A stretch of DNA of 64,000 nucleotides from Eledone cirrhosa (GCA_964016885.1 OZ024742.1:105028001-105092000); one strand, 5' to 3'; shown: positions 26,191 to 39,631, counted from the stretch's first letter. Translations and numbers: made by a program. Notes: generated by a model not told the origin, from the sequence alone.

Positions 26191-26496
26191 ATGGTAGACT
26201 TAATCTGTTGTCCAATTTAACATCACCATCTGGCCCTTTAGTGCTTTTAGCAAAGTCCACATTGTTGCAAGCATTCAGGCCAGGTCTCTAATTTGAAGAG
26301 ACCTTTCTTCCTTCATATCGCATCAGTCTCAGAGGCCTGACTAAGCCAAAAAAAAAAAAAATGATTACCAATTGGGAATATGAAGCTGATTTTAGAGCAG
26401 TATTTCACATGTCTGACTTCCATTTTCTCTTGGATTTAAACACCACCTAAACCATGCTAAACTAACAATATTCAAACTTACATAACTCACAATACA

Positions 26497-26529
<33 letters not shown>

Positions 26530-26641
26530 CATGAGAAGAAAGAAGAATACTGCGTGGTTTGCACATGGGTTACATATGATAAAAATAGTCCTTCGTCAGT
26601 GATTTTCCAACCATCATTGGTATTTCATATATATATATATA

Positions 26642-27841
26642 GGGACTAGAGAGAAAGGGCCTCAAAGTCAACATGACAAAGACTAAGGTCCTTATAAGTA
26701 GACGAGAAAACAGAACCCAGATCCCCTCAGGGAAATGGCCTTGCTCAGTATGTAGGAAAGGTGTAGGTAGGAACTCCATTCTTTGCCCCAAATGCAAACA
26801 ATGGGTACACAAGAGATGTAGCGGGATCTCAGGAAGCTTAATTAAGAATGTAGGATTCACATGCAGCAGCTGTGCTGAAACAGCAAGCAAACAGCCACAG
26901 GAAACAAGTACCACCAATCTCTGGGAGGGCCCTGTAGAAACAGTAGACAGCTTCTGCTACCTAGGTGACCGAATTAGCAACGGAGGTGGGTGCTCAGAAA
27001 GTACAATAACTAGGGTAAGAACGGGATGGAAGAAGTTTAGGGAACTACTACCACTGCTAGCTGCAAAAGGCTTCTCCCTCAGAATGAAAGGCAGACTGTA
27101 TGATGCGTGTATCCGAACAGCGATGTTGCATGGTAGTGAGACCTGGGCGCTGAAGGTGGAAGACTTACGTAGATTAGAGAGAAACGAAGCCTGCATGCTC
27201 CGATGGATGTGTAACAGTAATATACGTGAACGACAAAGCATAAAGGAATTGAGAGAGAGACTGAGCATAAGAGGAATCAAATGCTGCGTGCAGGAGAGGC
27301 GGTTACGCTGGTATGGACATGTGATGCGTATGAAGGATGACAGTTGCATAAAAAGGTGCAGAGCACTAGAAGTTGATGGAAACCGCGGAGTGGGGAGACC
27401 CAAGATGACTTGGGATGAGGTGATAAAAGCCGACCTTACCCAACTACACCTCTCAAAGTCAATGACACACGACCGTGACTTCTGGCGTCACGCAGTAATA
27501 CAGGGTACCCGACCTCCCATGGGTACATGCTGAAGCATATAAACAATATGCCCCCCCCCCCCCCCCCACCGCAAGGTGGTCGTGGAGGTGCCACGGCAAA
27601 AAAGCACCCAGCCCACACTGTAAAGTGGACGTGTAGGCGCCACGAAAAAGCACCCAGCACTCACTGTAAATGAGGTTGGTGTTAGGAAGGGCATCCAGCT
27701 GTAGAAATCAAGCCAGATCAGTTCCTGTATGAGCAAGGCATGGTCAGCCGACCAGACACTGCCCACAACAGGACAACCCGTCTAACCCATGCTAGCGTGG
27801 AAGAACGGACGTAAAACGGTGATGATGATGATGATGATGAT
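26642..27841 (+). mobile_element. RTE LINE, 5'-truncated, open ORF2 C-terminus (26673-27533) with PHD-finger insert
   Basis: GLKVNMTKTKVL, C4HC3 finger, VDSFCYLGD, MLHGSETW, RLRWYGHVMR, GRPKMTW; 3' UTR repeats and (GAT)n tail. Confidence 0.93.
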
Positions 27842-27844
27842 ATA

Positions 27845-28020
27845 TATATGATATATAATTATCCTTATCGAGCCCTCTTTGGATTTTAGTCTTCAAATTT
27901 ATTATTATTACTATATATATATATATATATATACATCTATATATATATATATATATATGATATATAATTATCCTTATTGAGCCCTCTTTGGATTTTAGTC
28001 TTCAAATTTATTATTATTAC

Positions 28021-28025
<5 letters not shown>
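27845..28025 (+). repeat. Tandem duplication of the 3' tail of the CAGAAGA-hammerhead element family in (TA)n
   Basis: Two copies of TTATCCTTAT(C/T)GAGCCCTCTTTGGATTTTAGTCTTCAAATTTATTATTATTACTA, the reverse complement of 44938-44995 and 50170-50225. Confidence 0.85.
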
Positions 28026-28093
<68 letters not shown>

Positions 28094-30160
28094 CAAGTGT
28101 TGAAAATTATACAGTAATCATGCATGACTCTGTGGTTAAACAGTTCTCTTCACAACCACATAGTTGCAAGCTGGATCACACTGAAGGAACCTTGACCAAC
28201 TGTCTTATATCCTAGTTTTAGTTTATTCAATGAGCTGTGATGAGATTTAGTAAACTGATAATGTACAAGGCCCTATCACACACATGCATATAGCATTATC
28301 ATTACTGTTTAACATCTATTTTCCATGGTTGTGTGGGTTAAAGAGGCTATCAAATACTGAGAATAGACTGGTCAGATGATTATACCTTGCTTATACACTA
28401 TATATGGCTTGGTTTTCTATGGCTGGATGCCCTTCCCATATAACAGCATGTGCAGGGAGAATTTTATTATGACTCCAGTACTACTGGATGCCTTACAGCA
28501 TTATCACTTTATAGAGTGGACTGGGTATTTCTTATCATGGTACCAGCACTACTACTTTACAGAGTGGGCAGGATGCATTTTATGGCACCAGTACTATACA
28601 CACATACATGGATGTGTGTATGTGTGTGCATGTATACTTGCATCTTTTACCAATGTGCATCAATGAATGGCATATAAAAGTTAGAAAGCACCCCGACTCC
28701 CCACTCCTGAACAAAATGGTGCATTTTAATACAGGTTACCTATGTAGTTTGTTTTGTCCAAGTTGCTCAAATGACCCTATGCATTAAACCAGAGATTGGC
28801 CCACTGGAAAGCTGGTAACCAATAATGTTATTATTCACCAAATGTGATATATAATGAAATTACTAAATAAATGCTGAATATTTTATTTAGCTGCATGCTG
28901 TCCCTGATCAAACACTGCCATTATCCAGGTGTTCTAACCCTGACCATTCTTTTTTTTCTTTTTTCATGTGTTAAAAAAGGGTTGAAACGACTCTTCAGTT
29001 GTGTCAAGGGCACAAGAGTGTCTTTAGTGTTGATGACATGATAAAACACACCTAGTACACTCTGTAAAATACAACCTTCTTAGTACTGATATCACAAAAT
29101 GCACTTATCACACTCTGTAGTCCAGAAATGTATGTAAGAATGATGTGATCACCAGTCGGTCTGGGAAGTCAGGGGCTTCAATTCAGTGACTTGGTCTGTG
29201 ATGACTCATCCAGCCCTTGCTAAGCAGGGAAAATGGTTGTTAAATGAGGATGATAATGTAGTATATCTAGTTTTCTTCTATTCTTTTTTAAGATAATAAA
29301 GTGTTTTATTTAAGGTGTATTTTGTTGTTGTTTGTGGAAGCTCAAGCAATCAATGTTTTTCTGCTCCTAAGTAAAACACTTAACATTGCTTTCCATGGTG
29401 TACCATGCTGACAAAACAGGCTCTACTTTACAGTTGGATGGTTAGTTGTAGGAAGCAAGATCCAAACATAAAAATGTTCAAAACTCTATTACCCTTAAAA
29501 AACAGGAAAAAATATTTTTTATAAGTGCAAAAACAATGTTATAATTTGATTTTAGATAAATTTCGAATTGTATATAACTATTTTGGGAACTGATCTTATA
29601 ATGTTATCTTTCTAATAGATCACATGCACTCTCATGCTGAATATTTTATTCTTTATAGGATTAAGACCACTATGGGGTTGTGATTATGAAACCAAACAAG
29701 CAATGGCAGTATTTAGGAACCACTGGTCTGTAAAATCAAAATCAAAACCAGGATACCAAAATCATTGTTGATATTTTTTTATAGATCCAAATTATGCAGC
29801 AATACTATGCATTCCTGGTGTTCTGGATCCATATATCGTTTTTATAGATCTATTCTTTGTAGCTCTCATGAGGAAGAATTTGAATCGGGTTAGGGATGCA
29901 TGAAAGAAAGGGGGCAGTATCATATTTAACATAATCTAAGCAAGATTCAGAAGCTGGGGGCTTCACATTTGGCAGGGACCTCAAAATGATTAAAATATCA
30001 TCATCATCATCATCATGTCGAGTTCCATTGCACATCATTGATAATTATACTTCTCCACTTGTCCCTATCCAGCATGGCTTCTGCATTCTGATGTGACTTG
30101 TCTCACAACAGGATAACTCGTCTAAACCATGCTAACGTGGAAAAAGGAACGTTAAAAGAT

Positions 30161-30195
<35 letters not shown>

Positions 30196-31989
30196 ATAGT
30201 GTATGTGATTCAGTGATTACTGGTGGTGGTACCAATATGAGCACTCGATGCACATGCAGAAAGTATATACTAAGGAAAAAACGAAGTTTCGTTTACATGT
30301 ATTTAGATTGTTATTGTGTATTGACCTGTTACATACGTTTTGCAGAGGATTGGCTCAAGGTCATTCATAGAAGTTATGAACCCAACTCCAGTATTGATCT
30401 GCTCGTCAGATCAGTACTTATATATATATAGAGAGAGGGGGGGGGGGTATAATTTTGCACCTGTTTTCCATACTGGCATGGGTTAAACAGACTGTCACAT
30501 GCTGAAACTAGACTGTCTTGCTTGTACACCCTGTATTGGGCTTGGTTTCTACAGCTGGATGCCTTTCCTAATACCAACCACTTTACAGAATGTATCGAGA
30601 GCATTTTACTATGGCAAGCATTACTACCATTGAAGACTGGGTGCTTTTTATTGTAGTACCAGCACTAACACTTTACAGAGAGAGTTGGGTGCACACTATT
30701 AGTGTGTGTGTGTATGCTGTTAGCATAGGTTTGACAAAAACACGTATATTAAATATCCTGGAGTATTTATGTTAGAGATATCTACCATTATACTAATGTT
30801 CAATTTACATTTATTTTATGAGATCAACGAAATAAATGCCAGAGAAAATACTGTAATCAACCAAAAATATCTCCAAAGCATGTACCTCAGCATGGTCACA
30901 ATCCTACGAATGAAACCAATAATGAGTAAAATATTCCATTTTGGGAGTTTGCCATTTGTTAACATATTATTTGTGTGTATGGATGTATATATATGTGTGT
31001 GTATAAATATATATATATAAGAACTATTGGCTCAAAATAGTGCACAATATATAACCTCTCCTCAGACACTGATTCTCACACTCCCAACCATGTTCAGAGA
31101 AAGATCTGAACATCTGATTTAGTAGCAAGACAGTCCCAGCTAAAACCTTCATGAAGGGAGCCTGTTTCCACTGATTTAGGTGGATCTGGAGGAGTATATC
31201 TCAATAAATATATATCCAAAGTCCCCAATGGCTAACCAAATAAATTAAGACTTATGATGTCAACAGCTGAACTGGCAAAAGAGGGCAATATCAGATGGAC
31301 TGGCTAAAAAGGCATAGCTCAAGCTACATCTGGGTTGACAGCAGTCCATTGCAGTTTCATTACTTGAGCCTATAGATCACATTTCAGATGTTCAACAGGG
31401 GATGCCTTTTAGACCACAGTGTGTAGGTCACCCTGCTATGTTGAGATCCACTCTTATCAAAACCAGTGTAGGTCACATTGTCATGTCGGGATTCACCCTT
31501 ATCAAAACCACATCACAGGCATTTCTTCACTGAGCCACTTGAGACTGTCATAAATGAGGGAATTTAAATGAAGAAAAAATATATTCAGAAACGAGGGAGA
31601 ATCACAAATATATAAAACTTATAAATAAAATACTTAAAATACTTGATGGTTGTTTCTAATTAAACCATGGAATTTCTACAGCATCAGCTAGTAAGCAATA
31701 AAACTTTAGTGTCATCTGTGACACATTGGACTGCTTCGGGACAACAATGTCTTCGTGCTTATATATGTCTCACTCATGTTGTTGTGGGTGGATGTTTGAT
31801 GAGATTAAGTTTTTCATTCATAAAAAAAAACATTCTAATTAACTTCATTGAATAGAGAATAATGTGTTGCTAATAATAATCAATAGTTATATTGCCATTA
31901 TTGGCATCTCTTGTTATTCCATCAATAAACATCAGCAGACTGATGGAGAAACTTGATCAATAATAATAGTAAAGGAAAACAAACAACAA

Positions 31990-34085
31990 TAATTTTTTTC
32001 TAACATTGGCACAAGGATGGCAATTTGGGAAAAGGGGAAGTTGATTATATTGACCTAATATATGACTACTATTTTATTTTATTGACTCCAGAAGAATGAA
32101 AGGTAAAGTTGAGCTTCAGATTTAAACTCAGGATCATATAGAACTAGAATAAATACCAGAAAACATATTTTTTTATACTCTAATGATACTGCCTATCTGC
32201 TGCCCTCAATAATGATACTGGTTTCTGATTTAGGCACAAGGCCAACAATTTTTTTTGGAGAGGAAAAGTTGACTCCAGTACATTACTGGTACTTTCTTTT
32301 ATTCACCTTGTAAGGATGAAAGGCAAAGCTAACCACAGCAGGATTTGAACTCAGAACATAAAGGGCCATAACTATGCCATGAAGCATGTCGGACACTCTA
32401 CAAATACTAGCTATCCATTGCCCTCAATAATAATAATGGTTTCTAATCTTGGCAAGGACAGCAATTTAGAGAGAAAGGGGAAAACAATTATATTAACTTC
32501 TGTACTTGAATGGTACTTTATTTTATTGACTGTAGAAGATGAAAGGCAAAAATTGACCTTGGTGAGATTTGAACACAGAAAGAAAGGAGTCGAAATAAAT
32601 ACTGCTAAGCATTTGTTCAATGCTTTAACAACTGTGCAAATCCACCACACTCTACTCAATAATATTGATTTCTGATTTAAGCATGAGGCCAGTAAATTTT
32701 TGAAGAAGGGAAAATTGATTACATCAACCTCAGTATTTGACTGGTACTTTATTTTATCAACCCTGGAAGGATGAAAGGCAAAATTAACCTAAGTGGGATT
32801 TGAACTCAAAGCATAAAGACATGGAAGAAATGCCACAAAGCATTTTGCCCAACACTCAAAGACTGCCAATCCATCATCCTAATAATGTTTTCTGCTTTAA
32901 GAACAAAGACAGCAATTTGTGGGGATCAGATAAGTCAATTACAGGAACCCCAGTCTTGACTGAGTTCAATGTATTTTATTGATTCCATGACAATAAAAGC
33001 AAAGTTGACTGCACCAGAATTTCAACTCAAAATGTAAAAGGTCAGAACAAATATTTTGAGGCATTTTGTCTGATGCCCTAACAATTCTGCCAATCCATGA
33101 TATTTTCTAACATGGCCACAAAACCACAAATTTGGGTAATAAGTAACTACTGATTAACTCTTAACATCCTCTAATGATTTAGCCAAAAATATCTAAATAC
33201 AGGTTGTTAATTCAAATGTTTTAGTATCTTTAGTAGCAGTCAGATCTTTGTGAAAACATGCACTAAATTAAAGTAGAGACTAATTTTAAATGTAATAGTG
33301 TTATTTTTCAAGAATGTCTTCTTAATGTGGTTTCATGCAGTACAGGACATTAAGAATTAAACTAACTATCAATACTTGACTGCTACTTTTTTTCTTCTTC
33401 AATCCTGGAAAATGAAAGGCAAAGTCAAATCTGAAAGAATATCCAGAATTTAGAAGGTTATCACTAAATACCACAAGGCTCTATATCAGAAAATCTATGA
33501 AATCTGTCAATCCCTCACCTTTAATTGAACTAACAATATCAATTTTGGCACTAACTCAAAAATTGTGAAGAGGAAAAAGTTGATTGCATCAACCCCAGTA
33601 TGCGACTGGCATTTTATTGACCCCCAAATGGATGAAAGGCAAAGTAGACTTTGACAGTAGAATTCAAAATTTAAATAGCCATAACTAAATACTACAAAGC
33701 ATTTTGTCCGATGATGTAATGATTCTGCTAATCTACCACTCTTCTCTTAATAGAAATAACAATAATAATAATTTCTGCTATAGGCACAAGAGGGAGAGCT
33801 TTAATCAGTTATATTAACTAGTGCTTTATTTTTCATTCTTCTGGAAGTCAATAGAATAAAGTTAGTCTCAGCAGGATTTGTTCTTTGAATTTACAGGGAC
33901 TTGACTAAATACCACAAAGCTGTCTGATGCTCTACCAATTCTATTAATCAACCTAAATACAGCAATCATTTCAAAAATAAGCATAAGGCAAGACATTTAG
34001 AAGAAAGGGTTTGTCAATTAAATTGACCTCAGCAGTTAATATACTTTATTCTATCAACCCTGGAAAAGCAAGACTAAATACCATT
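31990..34085 (-). mobile_element. Head-to-tail array of ~9 diverged tRNA-SINE copies
   Basis: Repeated ~200-230 bp units containing GGCACAAGG / TGGTACTTTATTTTAT / ATGAAAGGCAAAGT / GATTTGAACTCA, all in the same orientation. Confidence 0.85.
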
Positions 34086-34530
34086 GTTCAAGTAATTATG
34101 AAAATTCACTGCTTTAAATTTTATACATCACCAGGACGCCAGAACATTCTACACTAATTTGGAATATCATTGACAGTCATTCCATTTTCCAATGGATTAT
34201 ACAATTGTAGACTTTGTCTATCTGAAAAGTTCTAAATACTAAAACAGCCTGAAGTATCTTTCAATAGAAAATTCAAGGTGTTATCTTTTACCACAGTTAG
34301 CAACATTCCCCCAAATATTCCAAGCCAAGCAACACAAATTTGAGTAATTCTTGGCAATGAGACTTGTTGAGTAAACTCCTTTGTCCATAAATGTGTGTGT
34401 GTGTCCGTGTGTGTGTGTGTTTGAGTGTATTTGTATGTGTGTGCATGTGTGTCCTCATGATCTGCCTATTTTTCTGGGAACCTGCACACAGTACACCCTC
34501 CAATCCTGCACTTTAAAGAGAGAGAGAGAT

Positions 34531-34577
<47 letters not shown>

Positions 34578-34592
34578 GAGAGAGAGAAAGAG

Positions 34593-34695
<103 letters not shown>

Positions 34696-34992
34696 GTGAG
34701 AGATCTTGGTCAGATAATCTCTTAAAATTTAGTGGTTCAGATGTCAGGGCTATTAACATTATTGACCATGTTACCTGTTTTCACCAATAAGATCTGCCCC
34801 TATGAACAAGCAATAGACCAGCTTTGACAGTTATTCTTGTTATATCTCCATTGATGAATCACATCTGAAAGATCACAAATGTACTTTACATCTTTGTGAG
34901 TAAATCACTAATCACTAACTGTTTATGCAAACACATTGACTGCTGTCTCTACAAAGAACTGAAAATAAACACGTGAGTGTCTGTGTGTGTGT

Positions 34993-35878
34993 GCATATAT
35001 ATCCTGCAGAGGATATACGCAGACTAGAGAGGAACGAAGCTTGCATGCTCCGCTGGATGTGCAATAGTAATATACGTGAACGGCAAAGCATAAACGAACT
35101 AAGGAAAAAATTAGAAATAAGAGGGATCAGATGTTGTTTACTCGAGAGAAGGCTACGTTGGTACGGTCACGTGATGCGCATGAAAGACGACAGCTGTATA
35201 ACAAAGTGCAGGGCAATAAAGATAGACGGTAGCCACGGAGTAGGCAGACCCAGAAAAACATGGGACGAGCTGATAAATTCCGACCTCACATGCTTACACC
35301 TCTCCAAGACAATGTCACTGGACCGAGACCTTTGGCGGTACTCAGTAATAGAGAAGACCCGCCTTACCTAAATACAAAGTAAAAACCTACTACAGTCAGT
35401 AGGCATCTCTATCAAAACACACCCCCGTCCCACCACCCTCCACCCCACCCACACCGCCCCTTTCAATGTAAAGTTATGTTGGTCCCACAACATCCAGGCC
35501 GAAACAAATGAGATCGTGTAGGTGTCACGACAAAAAACACACAGTCCACGCTGTAAATGTGGCCGTGTAGGCAACACGGTAAAAACCTCCCAGCCCCACA
35601 CTGTAAATGTGGTTGGTGTTAGGAAGGGCATCCAGCTGTAGAAAACCCACCAGACAGTCCACGCTGTAATGTGGCCGTGTAGGCAACACGGTAAAAACCT
35701 CCCAGCCCCACACTGTAAATGTGGTTGGTGTTAGGAAGGGCATCCAACTGTAGAAAACCCGCCAGACAGTCCTATGCGAGCAAGACAACCACTCTTGCCT
35801 CAAGTGGGAAAACCCCCGTCCAAACCCATGCAAGCGTGGAACACGGACGCTAAACCTGATGATGATGATGATGATGAT
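34993..35878 (+). mobile_element. RTE LINE 3' end (same subfamily as 21706-22881)
   Basis: AEDIRRLERNEACMLRWMC...EKTRLT* nearly identical to 22125-22491; ~117-bp duplication in the 3' UTR. Confidence 0.92.
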
Positions 35879-35881
35879 ATA

Positions 35882-36170
35882 TAGTATAAACAATGTTTCA
35901 CACACTTAACATGTATGTGTGACCATTGGTTTCAGGGTCCAGTTATGGCCACCACTGTATATTGGAGGAAGCAGTTCCAATGTCTGTATACCTGATGAAG
36001 GGTCAGTTTGGAAGTGCCTCCTCCAATACACAGTGGTGGCCATAACTGGACTTCGAAACCAATGGTCGCACATACATGTTTAGTATAGGAAACATTGTTT
36101 ATACTAAATAAGCTCTCTTGGAACAGATTGAGCATTATTTTCCTTGATCTTTCATCTACAGATATCCTAT
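35882..36170 (+). mobile_element. Fold-back element with long-stem-II hammerhead motif
   Basis: ~99-bp inverted arms 35882-35980 and 36008-36106; CTGATGA 35992-35998, GAAA 36055-36058, ACC-AAT-GGT-C stem III; ends in (TA)n. Confidence 0.7.
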
Positions 36171-36462
36171 ATATATATATATATATATATATGAATAAAG
36201 TTAATATACCTGAAGGTACAAGGTACCCCCAGAAATACATAGGTTGTCTATGATTCAAGGTTATGTAGAGAACAAATCTGTCGTTCTATCTAGCTGCTAT
36301 TTTTTTAGTGGCGACTATAGACAACAAGTCTACGATTTCCCGCCTTCACTTTACACCAGCGAACATACGGGTCACTTTTACGACCTTTAGACTCGTGTCA
36401 GTTGGGGACGAGGTCATATATTTTATCGTTCCTGAGGTTTTTAACCCTAGGAAAGGAAAATG

Positions 36463-36541
36463 CTTCTCTGATGATCTTTGTTTTTCCATTAATATCCATG
36501 TGATATCTAATGTTTTGCAAAGTGAAACTGTACAGTAAGGG
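36463..36541 (+). ncRNA. Hammerhead ribozyme motif, copy 1 (palindromic stem III)
   Basis: CTGATGA 36468-36474, stem II CTTTG/CAAAG, GAAA 36524-36527, ACTGTACAGT palindrome, GUA ending 36537. Confidence 0.75.
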
Positions 36542-36973
36542 CTATCTGAATAGGTAAATATTTATATTATATTTTTTGATTAATTTTAATTGTAAATTAA
36601 TTTTGATTTATTTTGAAAAATTGGTTAAATTTTGCTTGTTCTGCTTATCTTGATATTAAGTTCTGGTATATCAAATTATTACCATAGAACCACCTTGAAT
36701 CATAGACAACCTATGTATTTCTGGGGGTACCTTGTACCTTCAGGTATATTAACTTTATTCATATTCTCCGTTATGTAGAGAACAAATCTGTCGTTCTATC
36801 TAGCTGCTATTTTTTTTAGTGGCGACTATAGACAACAAGTCTACGATTTACCGCCTTCACTTTACACCAGCGAACATACGGGTCACTTTTACGACCTTTA
36901 GACTCGTGTCAGTTGGGGACGAGGTCATATATTTTATCGTCCCTGAGGTTTTTAACCCTAGGAAAGGAAAATG

Positions 36974-37052
36974 CTTCTCTGATGATCTTTGTTTTTCCCT
37001 CAATATCCATGTGATATCTAATGTTTTGCAAAGTGAAACTGTACAGTAAGGG
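36974..37052 (+). ncRNA. Hammerhead ribozyme motif, copy 2
   Basis: CTGATGA 36979-36985, GAAA 37035-37038, ACTGTACAGT-A ending 37048; 511 nt from copy 1. Confidence 0.75.
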
Positions 37053-37169
37053 TTATCTGAATAGGTAAATATTTATATTATATTTTTTAATTTTGATTAA
37101 TTTTAATTGTAAATTAATTTTGATTTATTTTGAAAAATTGGTTAAATTTTGCTTGTTCTGCTTATCTTG

Positions 37170-37205
<36 letters not shown>

Positions 37206-39354
37206 ATAGGATATCTGATTATTATATATATATATTTAGTCCAGAATTAGCCGTCGAAACAGCTTGAGCTCTGCCGTCGGGGTCATACCGGTTCCTATAT
37301 ATATATATATAATAAGGCTAAATAAGGAATCTTGTTACTCTGGAGTTTCACCTGCTTATCGCAGAGTCTCTATTTTGGTATTGAGTACTCTTTTCTCTCA
37401 GCTGTCAACTACATAAAAAATATATAATATGATGTAATGTATGTGTATGTGTTCAGCCATCGGGGTTTGGTCAGCAACATCATCATCATTGTCATCACTA
37501 TTAACATCATCAACATCACTATGATGATTATGACCATCATCATCATCATCATCATCATCATTACCCTAATAATTGTTTCTACTTTTGGCACAAGGCCAGC
37601 AATTACCCATTGCATTACTGGTACTTTATTTTATTGACCCCATAAGGATGAAAGGCAAAGTTAACCTCGGCAGGATTTGAACTCAGAACATAAAGGGCCA
37701 TAACTCTATGCTGCAAAGCATGGTGTCTGACGCTCTACCGATACTACCAATCCACCTAATCCCTCATCATCATCACATCCACCAGTTTTCATTATTGTTA
37801 ACATCATCACCACCACCATTGCCACCAACATCATGACATTCACCAGTTTTCATTGTCATTGTTGTCATTACCACAGCCAATTATCACAAATAACATTTCC
37901 AACATTAAATAATCCTGAATGTTATGTCAAGTTGAACATGTGTGTATTAAAGAAGCACATGAATCACTGATACTTTTTACTGCCAAATCAGAGACAGGAA
38001 AGCAAGCTATCTTCAGTAGGTGATAGGAAGAAAAGAAGTTATCCTGAAACTGAAGACTCAGCTCAAATGCTTGCAACAGAGTGGCCTCAACAAGCACCCA
38101 AGGCCCATAAAAGGTTCCTATTACATCAAAATCTTCTAACATAATTTTATATAAGAACCATGTTTAGCCTTCCATCCCCAATACCCAGCAACAAAACCTC
38201 ACCAGTGTTGGTGACCTAGATGATAACCACACCCAGTATACACTGTAAAGTGGTTGGTGATAAGAAGGGCATCCAGTTGTAGAAATCTTGCCAACCAAAG
38301 GGTTGGGAGGACCCTCAGTTGTGTCAAAGTAATGACAACCTCTCCTATGCACTCGATGGAAGGTGAGACCATACATAAGTGAGACGCAGATCCCTGGCCT
38401 GCCTGGGAGATCAGTGACACCGCTTCAGCACTGATTTGGTCTGTGTGGACCCATCCAACCCTTATTAGCAGGCAAAGCGGATGATAAAATGATGATGATG
38501 ATGATGAACTATGTTAAGCCTCCCAGCCCTAACCCCTGGCAACAAAACCTGATGACAGGCATAGTTGCATGTGCCCTGAACATAATTCACAGGAGGAATT
38601 AGTGGGACACTATGAATCATGTTGGCCATTTGAATTACAGATACAGTCAATCTGACAGGCTTCCAACAGTTTGCACCTACTCAATTTCATTCACAAGCAT
38701 TGGGTTGACTTTGAGGCTATAGTAAAAGAGCAAACCAAGATACCATAAAGTGGAACCAAACCCCTAAATCTCATTCAGCCATGTCAAATTAAAGGCTATT
38801 AAAAATACTACATCTTTCATGCATGAAATAAATTGGATTTTAGCTTCTAAAAGCAGGAAACAAAGGCAGACACTTAAATTCCAACAGAATGTTTATTCTT
38901 GTCTCAATGAGAGAGAATTCCTTTACATAAATGTTCTAGCTGCACAGGTAACAGACTAATGAGTGCTTATTTTATACATGCATGCACATATGCATATGTA
39001 TATGGGTATGTGTGTGTGTGTATAATATATATATGATATATACGTATAAGTATTTATATGTGAGTGTCTGTAATAGTCTTCTCTCTCCATTTACATATTT
39101 AAAAATTTACACACAAGCACACACAGATACACATGCATGCACGTTAAGAAAAGGAGATTGAAAGAAGGAAGGAAGGAAGGAGAAAGAACAAAAGGATTTC
39201 TTATTGCTTCACTGAAGCACATTGAAATTTTGGGTCTATCTAACGTAACTAAATTAATAAATATTATGTGCATGTGTGTGTATATGTATTCATATATAAA
39301 GAGAGAGAGGGGAGGAGAGATAATGAGAGTGGAATGCTCCACTATTCCTTTTAT

Positions 39355-39392
<38 letters not shown>

Positions 39393-39600
39393 TTCATGTG
39401 TTTATATATTTATATGTATCACCATCATTTTCTATTCACTTTTCAATGTTAGCATGGGTTGGATGTGCTATACATTGGAGTTACTGTCCTCATTAAATGG
39501 GCCAGGGGACATGTCTCACATTCCAGTTTTTACATGTTTTCTACAACTGGATGCTCTTCCTAATGTTAAATATTTAGTGCATGTGTCATATGTATATATA

Positions 39601-39631
<31 letters not shown>

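Larger units (their letters stand above)
36189..37172 (+). mobile_element. Tandem 510/511-bp hammerhead-containing units with an inverted 73-bp tail at the 5' end
   Basis: 36260-36769 repeats from 36770 (second copy truncated at ~37172) with a few substitutions; 36189-36261 is the reverse complement of 36692-36764; flanked by (TA)n. Confidence 0.85.

Noticed and set aside
26530-26630. Hammerhead candidate CTGACGAAGGAC on the minus strand between (TA)n tracts
   Set aside because: No GAAA or stem II partner downstream; at most a deleted remnant.
31020-31560. Possible LTR-retrotransposon PBS (TGGCTCAGTGAAG, minus) and gag remnant
   Set aside because: No second LTR or recognisable gag/pol motifs could be established by eye.
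36308-37049. Duplicated 76-aa ORF as a tandem gene pair
   Set aside because: GTG start, no recognisable domain, and it ends at the hammerhead cleavage site; better explained as part of a non-coding repeat unit.
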